From the IMG/VR virus record IMGVR_UViG_3300032116_000009: a stretch of DNA of 64,000 bases, one strand, 5' to 3'. The translations under genes and the position numbers were made by a program. A model generated the notes under the pieces. The model had not been told where the DNA came from and ran no database searches. It saw nothing but the letters and a program-made list of their open reading frames with translations. This document shows, one piece after another, positions 56,401-63,869 of the stretch (position 1 is its first letter; each line of letters opens with the position of its first letter). This DNA comes from a virus. Lineage: Duplodnaviria; Caudoviricetes.

Positions 56401-59400
56401 TATAACTGCACTCTCAATACCGGAATCCTGAACTTCCTTAACTCTAAATTCTTGTTTATAAGTATCAGAAATTTTATCAATCAAATCATATCCAGAATTA
56501 TTACTATTAATATAATATGGGCCAATATTTCTTGTTATTCTATATGAAGATAGATCCGTATCTTGATTTATTTTTTGTAAGAAATTGTCCTCTATTGGAG
56601 TACCTCTAAAATATTTTCCAATAATATATGGATATGTTGGAGAGGATTTGCCAGTAGGATCAACAGTTATTGAACTAAAGTAAGCATAAGTTCCATTAGG
56701 ATACTGTGGAGTTTTACACCATCTTCCATTATATTGATCTAAATCTCCGGATCCGGTAAAAATATAGTCATCAATGAAATACCCTGCAATAAACCCTGGA
56801 GGTCTAATTCCTGGCGTTAAATCAGGTTGAAGTTCATAACTTGTTTTTAATAGTCTTATAGTACCACCAACTAATGGATCATAGCCATATGGTCCGTAAA
56901 TAGGATATCCATCATAAGAAAATCCTAGTATTGGAGAGTGTACTTTATTATTTGGACTTTCTTTATTTGTTTCGGTAAAGTTATCATCTAATTGATATCT
57001 TAACTTTTTAGGTGCATAGAAATTTATAAATTGTAATCCAAGATCTTCATTTTTACTGGGGAACAATACTCCATCATCTTCATTGGAAATTTGTCCAGAA
57101 AGTTTAATTACCTGATTAATTTTCCATTCATTAACATTTGCTAGGAACTTAGCATCTTTACCTCTATTAACAACAGTTAATACGGTATTAGAAGATGCAT
57201 ATCCAACACCTCCACGTAATACATTGACACCAGTTACTCTACCATTCGTAACTATTGGGTCAATTTCAGCAAAAGATCCATCTCCACTTATTACAATATC
57301 TGAGTCAGCTCTATATCCATTTCCACTGTTTATTATCTTTACATCTATAATAGAACCACCAAGAATAATAGGTTTTAATACACACTCAGAAGTTACGGTC
57401 TGAACTGTAACCAAAGGTCTTCTATGGAAATTTAAAATATCTGTGCAACCATATCCAATGCCACCATCTTCAAGATAAACATCAGATATTGATCCCAAAA
57501 CCACAGGTTGTAGAATGGGAGTCACTATACTACTTTCACCAATTTCGGAAATAGTTTCTACATTAATTGTAATTGGCGGATATGCAATTATATGTGTACC
57601 AAGGCCTACACTAGAAAACTTAACATATTTTTTATTTGAAAAATCTTCTTTGGAAAGAGTAGTTCCAATACCAGCTACAGATAACTTAAATCTATTTGCA
57701 TCTAAAACTTTTACATAATAATTAATTGATGTCGATAATCCTGAAATTGGAGTTCCAGTATGATTATATGTTACTAATTCACCATCATTAAATCCATGTT
57801 TAGTCGCAAAAATGTAAGAATCAAAAGTGTTGATACCTACAGTTTCTCCTGTTGTAAATTGCGATGGAATTCTTACTGCTCTGTTAGAATAACCTTTACC
57901 GGGATCCTTTACATAAACCCTAGTAATAGTATTTTTATTTTTTAGTGTTTCTAAAGAATGAGAACCAGAACTAATACCAGTTATGTTTATTTCATTTGTT
58001 TTATCAACTGCATCTGTGAAGGTATTATATAGCTTAATAATTTTTTCAGAAGAAACCCCAACAAAATAATGAGATTTATCTACTAATCCAATTATGTTAG
58101 CGTTTCCATTTGAATTGTAAATTATTTCTTCGCCGTCTACGAGATTATGATTATTAATAAAGGTAATAGAGTTTGATCCAACATCTACAGATATACTTGG
58201 TCTAAAACCAACAGTAATCCTTGACTTTACTAAATTTGATTCTAATACGCATCCACTACCATTTCCGCCAGTTATAGTAATTTTTGGTTTTGTTTGATAT
58301 CCAATTCCTGGATTAATAACTTTAATAGATTTTACTTCACCACTTAAATTTAAGTGAGCTTTTGCATTAGATCCTTGTTCATCTTGAATTATTATTTGTG
58401 GAACATTTACAACATCATAATCTTTTCCAGAATTAGTTACCTCAATTGAACTCAACTTTCCATAGTAAATATTTTCGTCAAATAATGTTGGAGATAGTAT
58501 CTCAACTCCATTTGATAAAAGTCCTATTTGTTTATTATTGGTAGATCTTTTATTCTTATCATCAAAAATTTTCTTTCTACCAGTAAGATCAAACTTTTTA
58601 AATATCTTTTGATTTTTTATGATTTTATTTTGATATCCAGATTTATAGATAAAATCTAAATTACCAGTTAATGGATTCAGTGTAATATACTTCTTGGAGA
58701 AAATATCATTTTTACTGAAAGATAATTTTATGTTATCTAAATCTACTCTAGTTACAAAATAAAATCCAGTAGATAACCCTGAAGTGGAATTAGTACCTGG
58801 ATCATAATAAACAGATTCTCCAGTTTGTATATTATGTCTTGGACAATAAATTAAACTTGTGGAAGAAGCTCCTACTACCGAGATTGTTTTTTTAGTATCA
58901 GAAGCCTCAATAGTATAATTTGGTAAACCAGTAGAAGTTACATAAAAATTTTGTTCTTTAAAATCAATATAGGTATTTTGTACTCCGGATGGGATAATAT
59001 TAATATATGAATAATCATTGGAAAAATGACTAGATTTTATGATTAAAGTTTTTAATATTTTAGAATCCAAAACATTAAAAGTAGACCCAGTAACTTGAAC
59101 TAGAATTCTATTAGTATACTTTTTAATTGTATCTCCAGCTGGATACTCTACATCTAGAATGGTAGCATCAGAAATATTTCCTAAGATATCTTCCAGTTTT
59201 ATAGTCTGTTCTTTATAAAAAGAAACCTCATCATATAATATTATCCTATACTTATCGGAATCTACCTGAGATACATTTTTTATATTGTGATTTGTTGGAA
59301 CATTGTATATCCAGCTACTAAATTGATAGCTAGAAGACATATCCTTACCAAAACCTGATAGTCTTATCTTATCACCTACTTTTAAATTGGAAGTTTCTGA

Positions 59401-60609
59401 GAAATCTATAGAATCAATTACATTGATAACTCTAAAATCTACTTTAGATGTATTACCAACACCAATGTAACTGTAAGCAAATTTCTCTTCTACAATATCC
59501 AAAGAAAAGTCAAGAGGCTTAGTAACTCCACTAACTCCTAAAAATTGATTGCTACTCTTATCAGAGTAAGTAATTTCTATATAATTAGAATCTTTTGGTT
59601 TTACTAAAAGTTTTCCAGATTTAGAAAATCCAATAGTAGAGTCTACAAGAATACTATTTGAACCTGCAGGAGTATATTCTAATACTTTAGTTTTACCAGA
59701 AACTTGAAATACTCCACTAAAAGAAGTAGAGTCTAAAGATATTTCATAAAATAGTTTATTTCCTATAGGTCTATATTCTACGTTATAAATCGAAGCACTA
59801 ACTGTACCTATACCAGGAAGATTTTGGTATAAAAAATTTCCTTTTGTTTCTGTTGGATCTCCTCCAGAAATTTTTTCTACTAAAATATTTTTTGTTACAA
59901 AATAGCTATTAGATGAAGGTACTAGTGTATAATCTTGTGGTTTAATTATTTGAATATCTTTACCATATAAAATTTTGAATAAAATTTCATATGATGAATT
60001 TGTTCCTTTGGATCTATAAAAATCTTTAATTCTTGTTAAAATATTTTCTGAGGAAATTCCTTCAGAAAAAGATCTTGATTCAAATCCAGGTACAAATTCA
60101 TATTTAAACTTTTCAAAGAATTCTACTAAAAATAAATTACTTAAATTATATACAATAGAGTTATCTTCGTGTTCTTCTGCTTCTGTTTTCTGAAATTGTA
60201 AAAACTCTGAATTTTGTGTGGATTTTATTTGATCTATTCCACTAAATCCTCTTATACATCCGATAAAAGATGTGGCAGTTTTTTCAGTATAAGTTATAAT
60301 TTCATCATCTATCTTTAATAGTCCATATTTTTCTGGCCAAGAATCAGTACTATCGACATTAATGGTACTATCTGACGCATAAATGTACCCATTTAAAGTC
60401 GTTGACTGAACTAAATCATTATTATTAAAAGCCTCTACACTTTTATAAAACTTTATGTTATCAACTAAATCTATAGCACCAGACTTATGATCTAAAGAAT
60501 TATAGTAAGACTTCAAAAAAACTTTAAATAAAGGAGATTCCTCATTTAAAAACTCTGGAATCTGAGATTCCACGATGTCGTTGATTCTAACTCTCTTGAT
60601 ATCTGTCAT
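47491..60609 (-). CDS. 7: Baseplate wedge initiator gp7-like giant protein (4372 aa)
   Basis: N-terminal IVESQIPEFL...FLKSYY and IKDFYRSKGT...LFKILYG; central SDNFYYQKFSYAIKS...WRESVRSLVHPSGFKEF; located between gp6 and gp8. Confidence 0.85.
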   Translation of the reverse strand: MTDIKRVRINDIVESQIPEFLNEESPLFKVFLKSYYNSLDHKSGAIDLVDNIKFYKSVEAFNNNDLVQSTTLNGYIYASDSTINVDSTDSWPEKYGLLKIDDEIITYTEKTATSFIGCIRGFSGIDQIKSTQNSEFLQFQKTEAEEHEDNSIVYNLSNLFLVEFFEKFKYEFVPGFESRSFSEGISSENILTRIKDFYRSKGTNSSYEILFKILYGKDIQIIKPQDYTLVPSSNSYFVTKNILVEKISGGDPTETKGNFLYQNLPGIGTVSASIYNVEYRPIGNKLFYEISLDSTSFSGVFQVSGKTKVLEYTPAGSNSILVDSTIGFSKSGKLLVKPKDSNYIEITYSDKSSNQFLGVSGVTKPLDFSLDIVEEKFAYSYIGVGNTSKVDFRVINVIDSIDFSETSNLKVGDKIRLSGFGKDMSSSYQFSSWIYNVPTNHNIKNVSQVDSDKYRIILYDEVSFYKEQTIKLEDILGNISDATILDVEYPAGDTIKKYTNRILVQVTGSTFNVLDSKILKTLIIKSSHFSNDYSYINIIPSGVQNTYIDFKEQNFYVTSTGLPNYTIEASDTKKTISVVGASSTSLIYCPRHNIQTGESVYYDPGTNSTSGLSTGFYFVTRVDLDNIKLSFSKNDIFSKKYITLNPLTGNLDFIYKSGYQNKIIKNQKIFKKFDLTGRKKIFDDKNKRSTNNKQIGLLSNGVEILSPTLFDENIYYGKLSSIEVTNSGKDYDVVNVPQIIIQDEQGSNAKAHLNLSGEVKSIKVINPGIGYQTKPKITITGGNGSGCVLESNLVKSRITVGFRPSISVDVGSNSITFINNHNLVDGEEIIYNSNGNANIIGLVDKSHYFVGVSSEKIIKLYNTFTDAVDKTNEINITGISSGSHSLETLKNKNTITRVYVKDPGKGYSNRAVRIPSQFTTGETVGINTFDSYIFATKHGFNDGELVTYNHTGTPISGLSTSINYYVKVLDANRFKLSVAGIGTTLSKEDFSNKKYVKFSSVGLGTHIIAYPPITINVETISEIGESSIVTPILQPVVLGSISDVYLEDGGIGYGCTDILNFHRRPLVTVQTVTSECVLKPIILGGSIIDVKIINSGNGYRADSDIVISGDGSFAEIDPIVTNGRVTGVNVLRGGVGYASSNTVLTVVNRGKDAKFLANVNEWKINQVIKLSGQISNEDDGVLFPSKNEDLGLQFINFYAPKKLRYQLDDNFTETNKESPNNKVHSPILGFSYDGYPIYGPYGYDPLVGGTIRLLKTSYELQPDLTPGIRPPGFIAGYFIDDYIFTGSGDLDQYNGRWCKTPQYPNGTYAYFSSITVDPTGKSSPTYPYIIGKYFRGTPIEDNFLQKINQDTDLSSYRITRNIGPYYINSNNSGYDLIDKISDTYKQEFRVKEVQDSGIESAVIFSPGDNYRINDRLLINNKNTSGTGANIVVDSLKGKEIESFMIEDVKIENVTFLFKNDVVVVQTTEPHELSNGEVITITGVSTITASELEGNWKVSVENKTVQLSENITVAASGVTTFIGVKDINGFNVNDVIGIGTEILRIVDISAPRSGFYVNRLANPGIHTAGIDNVRLLPTSFEFVPKSPVTQATFENSVTFFNPKETVGTGTDKTIRYIVGIGTSTVEARVIPSRSIYIPNHRFYTGEPLLYGPGLGGTSLYFNNVGSGVSIPLLDGQIVYAVNLGKDHIGLSTLGFTTTSGIGTNLNSVEFVNFDYSFSIIGSAHSLTTLYPEIKGSISKHNGIVTTTSSHGLSNNDIVNLSINNRELDEVKILYNPEIRKLTTAKIPFANTDVSIADNTIGIGSAILKTGDKVVYHTEGSTVGGLQNNSTYYILRLNLNRIQLCEYESDIKNSNVIDLTSTGHVSHGFYLINPPLNFVEGSIIKFDLSDPSLLEMDLQFYEDPDFQNTVEVIGNDIDNFVISRTLESPGTFGSYVTLDSSNKQYPKLLYYNLIAKNPLDLRKKEITSDREVKGNNKLTVTKHSLDKSYIVSVPNDTTFTFNLSQKLTKLEEQAYISSNENVTYTTKSKTALGPINSLKINFPGRGYKKLPFVEGIDTQFGENAIIKLKSSKIGRVEDYERIKDGFDYPTDPTLTPSLSVPTVIGIRDILTIDSVGILTGGRGYNTAPTLFVKDNPSIKLKADITGGSVTKVTIVNNSTSLSSPLQISSIYNSNGYDIDNVSVSGNDVTLELLDTNFINVGFGNTQIDFPFAVGDEIFIEGCRLTNSTSSKANFNSKSYGYRFFKITSTSVENKTITYSMSGISTGDFGTYDDTITLGYVVNKKSMPSFEMILNDNVNYLSGERVTSRVFSGNVMEGGWDNELNQLRINDSAGSLIVGDRIFGENSKINGVVEYFDTFNLNSTLGVSRDKVGVIDNAVGILNDFQQRISDNFYYQKFSYAIKSEIPYDSWRESVRSLVHPSGFKEFSDLEIVTEATQPEVQIGISKSTDLRPTVLESASSFLVNVDNKISIGERSNFNLVYEEDFLDDGSVEKVFFNEGIALRNYILNKTNKVVTIDDISSQFDGSSIQTLDGTYADASDLLDGNKAFIQQEVVGFITATYPGIVTSVGWSKTSFTEEIGNVVDAISHDIKYNSNNKSVGQGLDYWSGIGTSYISGITTERLSAYNYITDISKYIINNVGVKTSYQLGTPFAITTSSYNNVTGIQTIRLTPANIVNLNASVGDYVVVKNLVFSCNSGGGISTAIFPNLGAGLDGNGPLSPKGFVYEIIGIGLSTIEINPGISTIDHTYVGGGTVEKAFISTSQYYNFSILADSDCSVSYSSSCCANVQSSIVNYVGIITTIIGLGTASSPEITYPSITRGGVIVGLTTFKLTSNGNPLFKREFSGSDSNVIKIDTDTFIFNNHNFQSGQELIYTYSGTPIGIATTSYTTEIKDILMQVGNYNGTSIYENGYGAAITTSITGISTVLVPAGPTTQLFNDVVGTSTSGGINAVFDVVVSYSATTGQPLSTSISLVSGGKGFAVGQTVSIAGTYFKGSNPTNNLSFVVSSTGPTVIQAAANQTYSNVPSLDVNGATFSVSRNNDGEISSIQVTNGGSGYASTSVISIAGTYIGGSNSNDNVSFTPIVLGSNKLPKSVFVTKLDDSKFKLSGLSTATILNIVGFGTGIHSFEYKEPNTSSIITIDGVIQTPIRSKSLSITLGSPVSSASTTLIQVLTGISSLYTGDIINMNSEYVVVKNIGVAGTDIIKVERGYLGTSAGVHTVGVACTVLTGDYNIVGDVIYFTTAPYGKIGPVGLKTGSIFGGRVFSRQFDPGEPEDKNIILDDISLSFTGIAATEFTAKTKGSTTTALFNNTNSSTNINNNPIILINNVFQRPRTDYDIDGTSENVIKFLTGTPSAGKIVKVGVTTGYGYYPLLGASAVANVSAAGTISSLTLTGSGSGYRLPPTVGIYSTVGSGASITASVSAAGTITGFTIVNAGSGYTTTSIPEVVIGIPTAYSNLGVAYTGGSSGVGQGAKISVTVGQGSSIIDYKIDNPGIGYKVGDILKVPNLLINSGLSTVFQEFRLTVREVQTDKFSGFYPGQFILFDDFSDRFNGFRKKFTLSVTNNNVREILSLKTLAGTDLNLENNLFIYINDILQIPGVSYTFSGSRVLFTEAPKQNSTCTVLYYRGSSIDVEEVTPPPTLKEGDTIIIKENEFDLFDTDQLERIVKKISASDQIDTFTYNSVGIITDPNKNRPLTWIKQEYDRIISGQLYSKSRLSLKSSIRPVAKLIKSVTETDSVIYVDNAFPIFSDVDLLSEDKRNVVISEVKNISAAICTSIVSSSSTISSISVVDGGVGYAYTQNPVISISKSLISRKDPIKDWKPSTGITTGYELNSLIYGNTLVAVGSSSLYATSIDAESWSTGSIGFGGTINFTSVSCGGTNVYMAVGEYGIVSKSLGYGSTVGPWTLINLLEESVVPGLGLITRFPTTYTGTLNDIVYSPNLDSWTAVGAAGSIFGGVGIGSTMLISRFSGTLQNINSITYSPSGLVAVGDNGVILSSANNVIWDSNSSPTSFNLNKVIYVNGNYVVVGDFGVVLKGMNPSSLQLMPVNISENLVDVYYNDFYVAITSNGDLYYSFDLSTWIYRDTNQPNNLKDILQVPTLGLEGRYISVGSAGTAIYSDPIFNRATAIGYVSSGILTSVEVTNGGFGYQQDNEPPVLVEPDIVKIETIKSFKVIGDFGTIIGINTFVAGTPGIGTTSPKIEFILKSETYDNSTLGIGYSSLNNFGVDSSQLSKGDYFIITDSNVTVGHALTGITTSLGGMSNYPNSRVGTAYTYLDGVYRVESVTTASVGIVTVSCNFAPLESPAGNYIEVYKRGEDVSGVNTNGFYGRYSWSKIYDYQNRALGTPEAFDINTNNGLTGLSTAPQVTRTISV

Positions 60610-60610
60610 T

Positions 60611-62482
60611 TTATCTAGTGTACTTTCCGTTTAAATAACTTGAAGTCGGTGTAAACAATGTAGCTGCTGTATTTTCACCTGATGTAATAATATCTTCTAT
60701 AGTATTTACCACAGAATTTTGAACATCAATTTGTAAGTAAAGATCTTTTAATCCAATAATATCATTTGATTCTGGAACTGCCTGAACCTCAATAAATCCA
60801 TTTTGAAGAGAAGATCCAGTTATATTTACAACGTCCAATAATATTTCTCCACTCTTATAATTTATTGTTCCAGCATTGGCTTTAATTATTACAGGAACAT
60901 TATTTTCCACTTTAAAGAAGAAAATTCTTCCACTAATATCATCAATCTGGGTATCCCCCATATATAGAGTTTCATCAACTCCACTTATAGTAAATCCAGT
61001 AGATTTTACTGAATAACCGCCTCGTTTGATGTGAACTCTATTACCAAAACAAACTTCATACGTTGCAAAAGTATTATAAGCAGGAGTAAAATCTCTCCTC
61101 ATTCTAACTTTAGTAATGTTGGAAGTGATTGCTTGATCAGTTCCATCAATCAAAGTATTGATTTTACTGAATTTAAATCTTCCACCAAAACTATTTACAT
61201 CACTAGATCTAGCATATGATGTAAGAGTATTTAATACTTTAGTGCGTAATCCATCTGCACTTGATACTTGGTTTACATTGTAATAAACTGTAGTATCAAG
61301 TTCAATATACAGATATGAAAGGTCTATTATTTCTGGTCTGATTCCTGCAATAGAATATTGTTTTAAATTTCTTAAAATATCTTCTTTTGTAATTTGCGAT
61401 AGAAAAGTACCATTTCTAGGTTTAATAGAAATAAAAACTTTTCCATATTCTGGAGGATCTAATTCTTCACCACCATATGCAGTAACAGATTCCACATTAC
61501 TGTATACATAAGGAACTAATCCTTTGAAATCATTTGCAGTAACTGCACGGAACTGGGATGCATAAACTCTTGGCGCTAGGTACTTGATAGAGTCTACACT
61601 TTCTATTTCATCGCCGTTTTGGGACGCAGAAAGTGTTCTGAGTAGGGAGATGCCAGTTGATACTGCAGCCTGGTTATTATCCCTTAGAACCCCTGCAAAA
61701 GTAAAATTAGAAGCACTGTTACCTAAACTACCATTAGTCACAATGTAGGTCACTATAATGTCACTACCGGATGCAGGTTTTTTTCCTAAGATACCGTCAC
61801 CAAAACGAATTTCATATTTTTGGTCAGCTACTTCTTCAATAAGAAACATTCTTGTATCTGGACCAACATTCAGAATATCAGTATAAAGAGTATATTGTTC
61901 TGTTACTGAGTTTCTTACTGATACCCTAATTGTTGTAGTATCAATATTTACATTAGGTAAAATAAATCTTTGATTTTTCTGGGATGAATCTACTGTAAAA
62001 GTACTTGTTAAATAAACCCCTTCATAGATTTCTAGGTTCTCAAATGTAGCAATACCGTTATTATCAACTGGAGTTGTTACATCCTCTGGAATAGAAAAAA
62101 TATAATTACCATCTCTTACAGCTCCAAGTGCTACTTGACCTGCTTGAATCTTTAAAGTTCTAGCCGCACTTGATGTAGTTAAGTCAACATTAAAACTTAT
62201 TCTAGCTTTTGCAGATCTTCTCGATCTTGGTGTATATCCAATGTTACGTGCAAGAGAAACAATATTTTCTCTTAGTGTTGCACTGTCCAAAAATACTTCA
62301 TTAACCGCCATGTTTGTATTAAAGGCGGTAACGTAGCTATTATATGCGAGTAAATCAATCAGCGTAGAAAAATTAGACCCTTCAAAATCAAAATCAGTAA
62401 AATCACTGTTGGATCTAAGGTAATCTTTAATTTGTGTTCTTAGATCATTAAAATCTAAGTTGGTAAACTGATTGAATGACAT
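60611..62482 (-). CDS. 6: Baseplate wedge subunit gp6
   Basis: LDFNDLRTQIKDYL...FTDFDFEGS...LLAYN...NEVFLDSATLRENIVSLARNIGYTPRS; APRVYASQFRAVTANDF; YGKVFISIKP. Confidence 0.97.
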   Translation of the reverse strand: MSFNQFTNLDFNDLRTQIKDYLRSNSDFTDFDFEGSNFSTLIDLLAYNSYVTAFNTNMAVNEVFLDSATLRENIVSLARNIGYTPRSRRSAKARISFNVDLTTSSAARTLKIQAGQVALGAVRDGNYIFSIPEDVTTPVDNNGIATFENLEIYEGVYLTSTFTVDSSQKNQRFILPNVNIDTTTIRVSVRNSVTEQYTLYTDILNVGPDTRMFLIEEVADQKYEIRFGDGILGKKPASGSDIIVTYIVTNGSLGNSASNFTFAGVLRDNNQAAVSTGISLLRTLSASQNGDEIESVDSIKYLAPRVYASQFRAVTANDFKGLVPYVYSNVESVTAYGGEELDPPEYGKVFISIKPRNGTFLSQITKEDILRNLKQYSIAGIRPEIIDLSYLYIELDTTVYYNVNQVSSADGLRTKVLNTLTSYARSSDVNSFGGRFKFSKINTLIDGTDQAITSNITKVRMRRDFTPAYNTFATYEVCFGNRVHIKRGGYSVKSTGFTISGVDETLYMGDTQIDDISGRIFFFKVENNVPVIIKANAGTINYKSGEILLDVVNITGSSLQNGFIEVQAVPESNDIIGLKDLYLQIDVQNSVVNTIEDIITSGENTAATLFTPTSSYLNGKYTR

Positions 62483-62880
62483 TAGACTCTAGTGGGTTGT
62501 AAAATAAATTCTATACTTTGTGTTGGTATTGGTAACCCAACTATATCATATGAAATTCTAATATTCAAATCATTCGACTCTTCTGTATATGTAACTAAAA
62601 CTGTAGATTGATTTATTCTTGGCTCATAATTTTTTAATAGAGTCGAAATTTCAAGTTCAAGTTGGTATGCAACTTCAGGACTTTGGAGTTCAAAAATAGA
62701 ACTATCAACATTAGTACCCAACAAATCATTAAAAAATCTCTCACCAACTCTAGTTCTAACTAAATTAATGATAGATTTTTTAATCGCATCAGAATCAGTA
62801 ATTGCAAGAATATCATTTGTCACAGGATTTCTCACAAATGACAGACTAATATCTTTGAATTTGCGAGAAATCCTTACCAT
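62482..62880 (-). CDS. 25: Baseplate wedge subunit gp25
   Basis: FKDISLSF..NPVTNDI...AIKKSIINLVRTRVGERFFNDLLG...YEPRI; upstream ATAAATA at 62896-62902. Confidence 0.96.
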   Translation of the reverse strand: MVRISRKFKDISLSFVRNPVTNDILAITDSDAIKKSIINLVRTRVGERFFNDLLGTNVDSSIFELQSPEVAYQLELEISTLLKNYEPRINQSTVLVTYTEESNDLNIRISYDIVGLPIPTQSIEFILQPTRV

Positions 62881-62920
62881 TACTTAAACTAAGGGTATTT
62901 ATTATATCTATAAGACTTTT

Positions 62921-63160
62921 TTACCACTTTTTACCGTAAGTTGGTTCTGTTCCATACTCCCAATCATCGTAATCTTGGTCATTACGGATCTTCTCATGCA
63001 GTTCAGTTTGTTTCTTTAGATCGTGATTGGGTGCAGTATCATGAACGATCTCTTGTAGAACCTTTTTTTCTGTAAGAGGACTATAATCTGTGACGAGTTT
63101 AGTAGTTCCCCACGTTTGAAACATGTAATTTTTGTCTCTATCTACTGGAAAATTGGACAT
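62921..63160 (-). CDS. Hypothetical protein (79 aa)
   Basis: Clean ORF with AGGAG SD; ends DDWEYGTEPTYGKKW. Confidence 0.75.
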   Translation of the reverse strand: MSNFPVDRDKNYMFQTWGTTKLVTDYSPLTEKKVLQEIVHDTAPNHDLKKQTELHEKIRNDQDYDDWEYGTEPTYGKKW

Positions 63161-63164
63161 TTTT

Positions 63165-63211
63165 AGCTCCTGATTGTAAAAATCAGAACTTTTTACGGGG
63201 TTGCTATCCCG
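63165..63211 (-). promoter_or_regulatory. Two-hairpin element overlapping the RBS of the 79-aa gene
   Basis: Minus strand CGGGATAGCAACCCCG (imperfect stem), then TAAAAAGTT, then CTGATT-TTTAC-AATCAG; the 3' arm overlaps the SD AGGAG. Confidence 0.5.
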
Positions 63212-63671
63212 AAATGTCGTCTTCTTTTACTAGTTCGTAGTCATCACCAAGGATTTCCTTCAAATATTCCTCATTCCAGTAATTATAGTACTCTGATTTT
63301 GATAATTGTTTACGAATCTTACTTAATTTAATCTTCGATTGACACAAAATTAAATTATATTTTGAATTATTAGTCTTTACGCCATTGATATAAGTATCTT
63401 TTGTTGACAAATCTTCAAAGAATTTGTAATAGGTAAACTTTTCGTTGTAAAATTCTACCCATTTTTGAATTTGATCAGGTCTCCAAAAACTTTCTACAAT
63501 AAAAACGATGACATCATGACCTGGCTCAGGTACGATGTCATCGATAGGAGTCTCTACAATGCTAGTTTTTGAATTAGAAGCGTATGGACAAACGGCGAAA
63601 CCACCTAATTCTAAACGTTGTTTAGATACTTCAGCGATCCACTCATGAATATACGCTTCTTTTTCGGTCAT
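63204..63671 (-). CDS. Hypothetical protein (155 aa)
   Basis: Clean ORF; WIAEVSKQRLELGGFAVCPYA and YYNYWNEEYLKEI look like a conserved globular domain; function unknown. Confidence 0.75.
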   Translation of the reverse strand: MTEKEAYIHEWIAEVSKQRLELGGFAVCPYASNSKTSIVETPIDDIVPEPGHDVIVFIVESFWRPDQIQKWVEFYNEKFTYYKFFEDLSTKDTYINGVKTNNSKYNLILCQSKIKLSKIRKQLSKSEYYNYWNEEYLKEILGDDYELVKEDDISG

Positions 63672-63672
63672 A

Positions 63673-63819
63673 TCAACCTGCAGCTAGGGGAGAGTTTGGA
63701 TTTGGCTTTACTTCTGGAGCGGCTTTAACTTGTGAAGCAACATCATAAGAAAAAACATTGGCTTCAGAAGGTGCTTCTGGTTCCGCATTAGGTGATGTTT
63801 TTGGATCTGAATCAGCCAT
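63673..63819 (-). CDS. Unannotated 48-aa Pro/Ala-rich protein
   Basis: Translated by hand: MADSDPKTSPNAEPEAPSEANVFSYDVASQVKAAPEVKPNPNSPLAAG*; stop lies 1 nt before the next ATG; CTAAATA box at 63844-63850. Confidence 0.65.
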   Translation of the reverse strand: MADSDPKTSPNAEPEAPSEANVFSYDVASQVKAAPEVKPNPNSPLAAG

Positions 63820-63869
63820 CTGTATAATTAGATTAATTTGAATTATTTAGACTTTTCCTTTGGTTGATA

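Noticed and set aside
7227-62880. Extracellular contractile injection system or tailocin
   Set aside because: Sheath, tube and baseplate genes come with portal, terminase, protease, scaffold, capsid and UvsW/UvsY genes, so this is a phage.
62482-62880. Lysozyme activity for gp25
   Set aside because: The gp25/GPW family is often mislabelled as lysozyme; it is a structural sheath-initiation protein, and no catalytic motif is visible.
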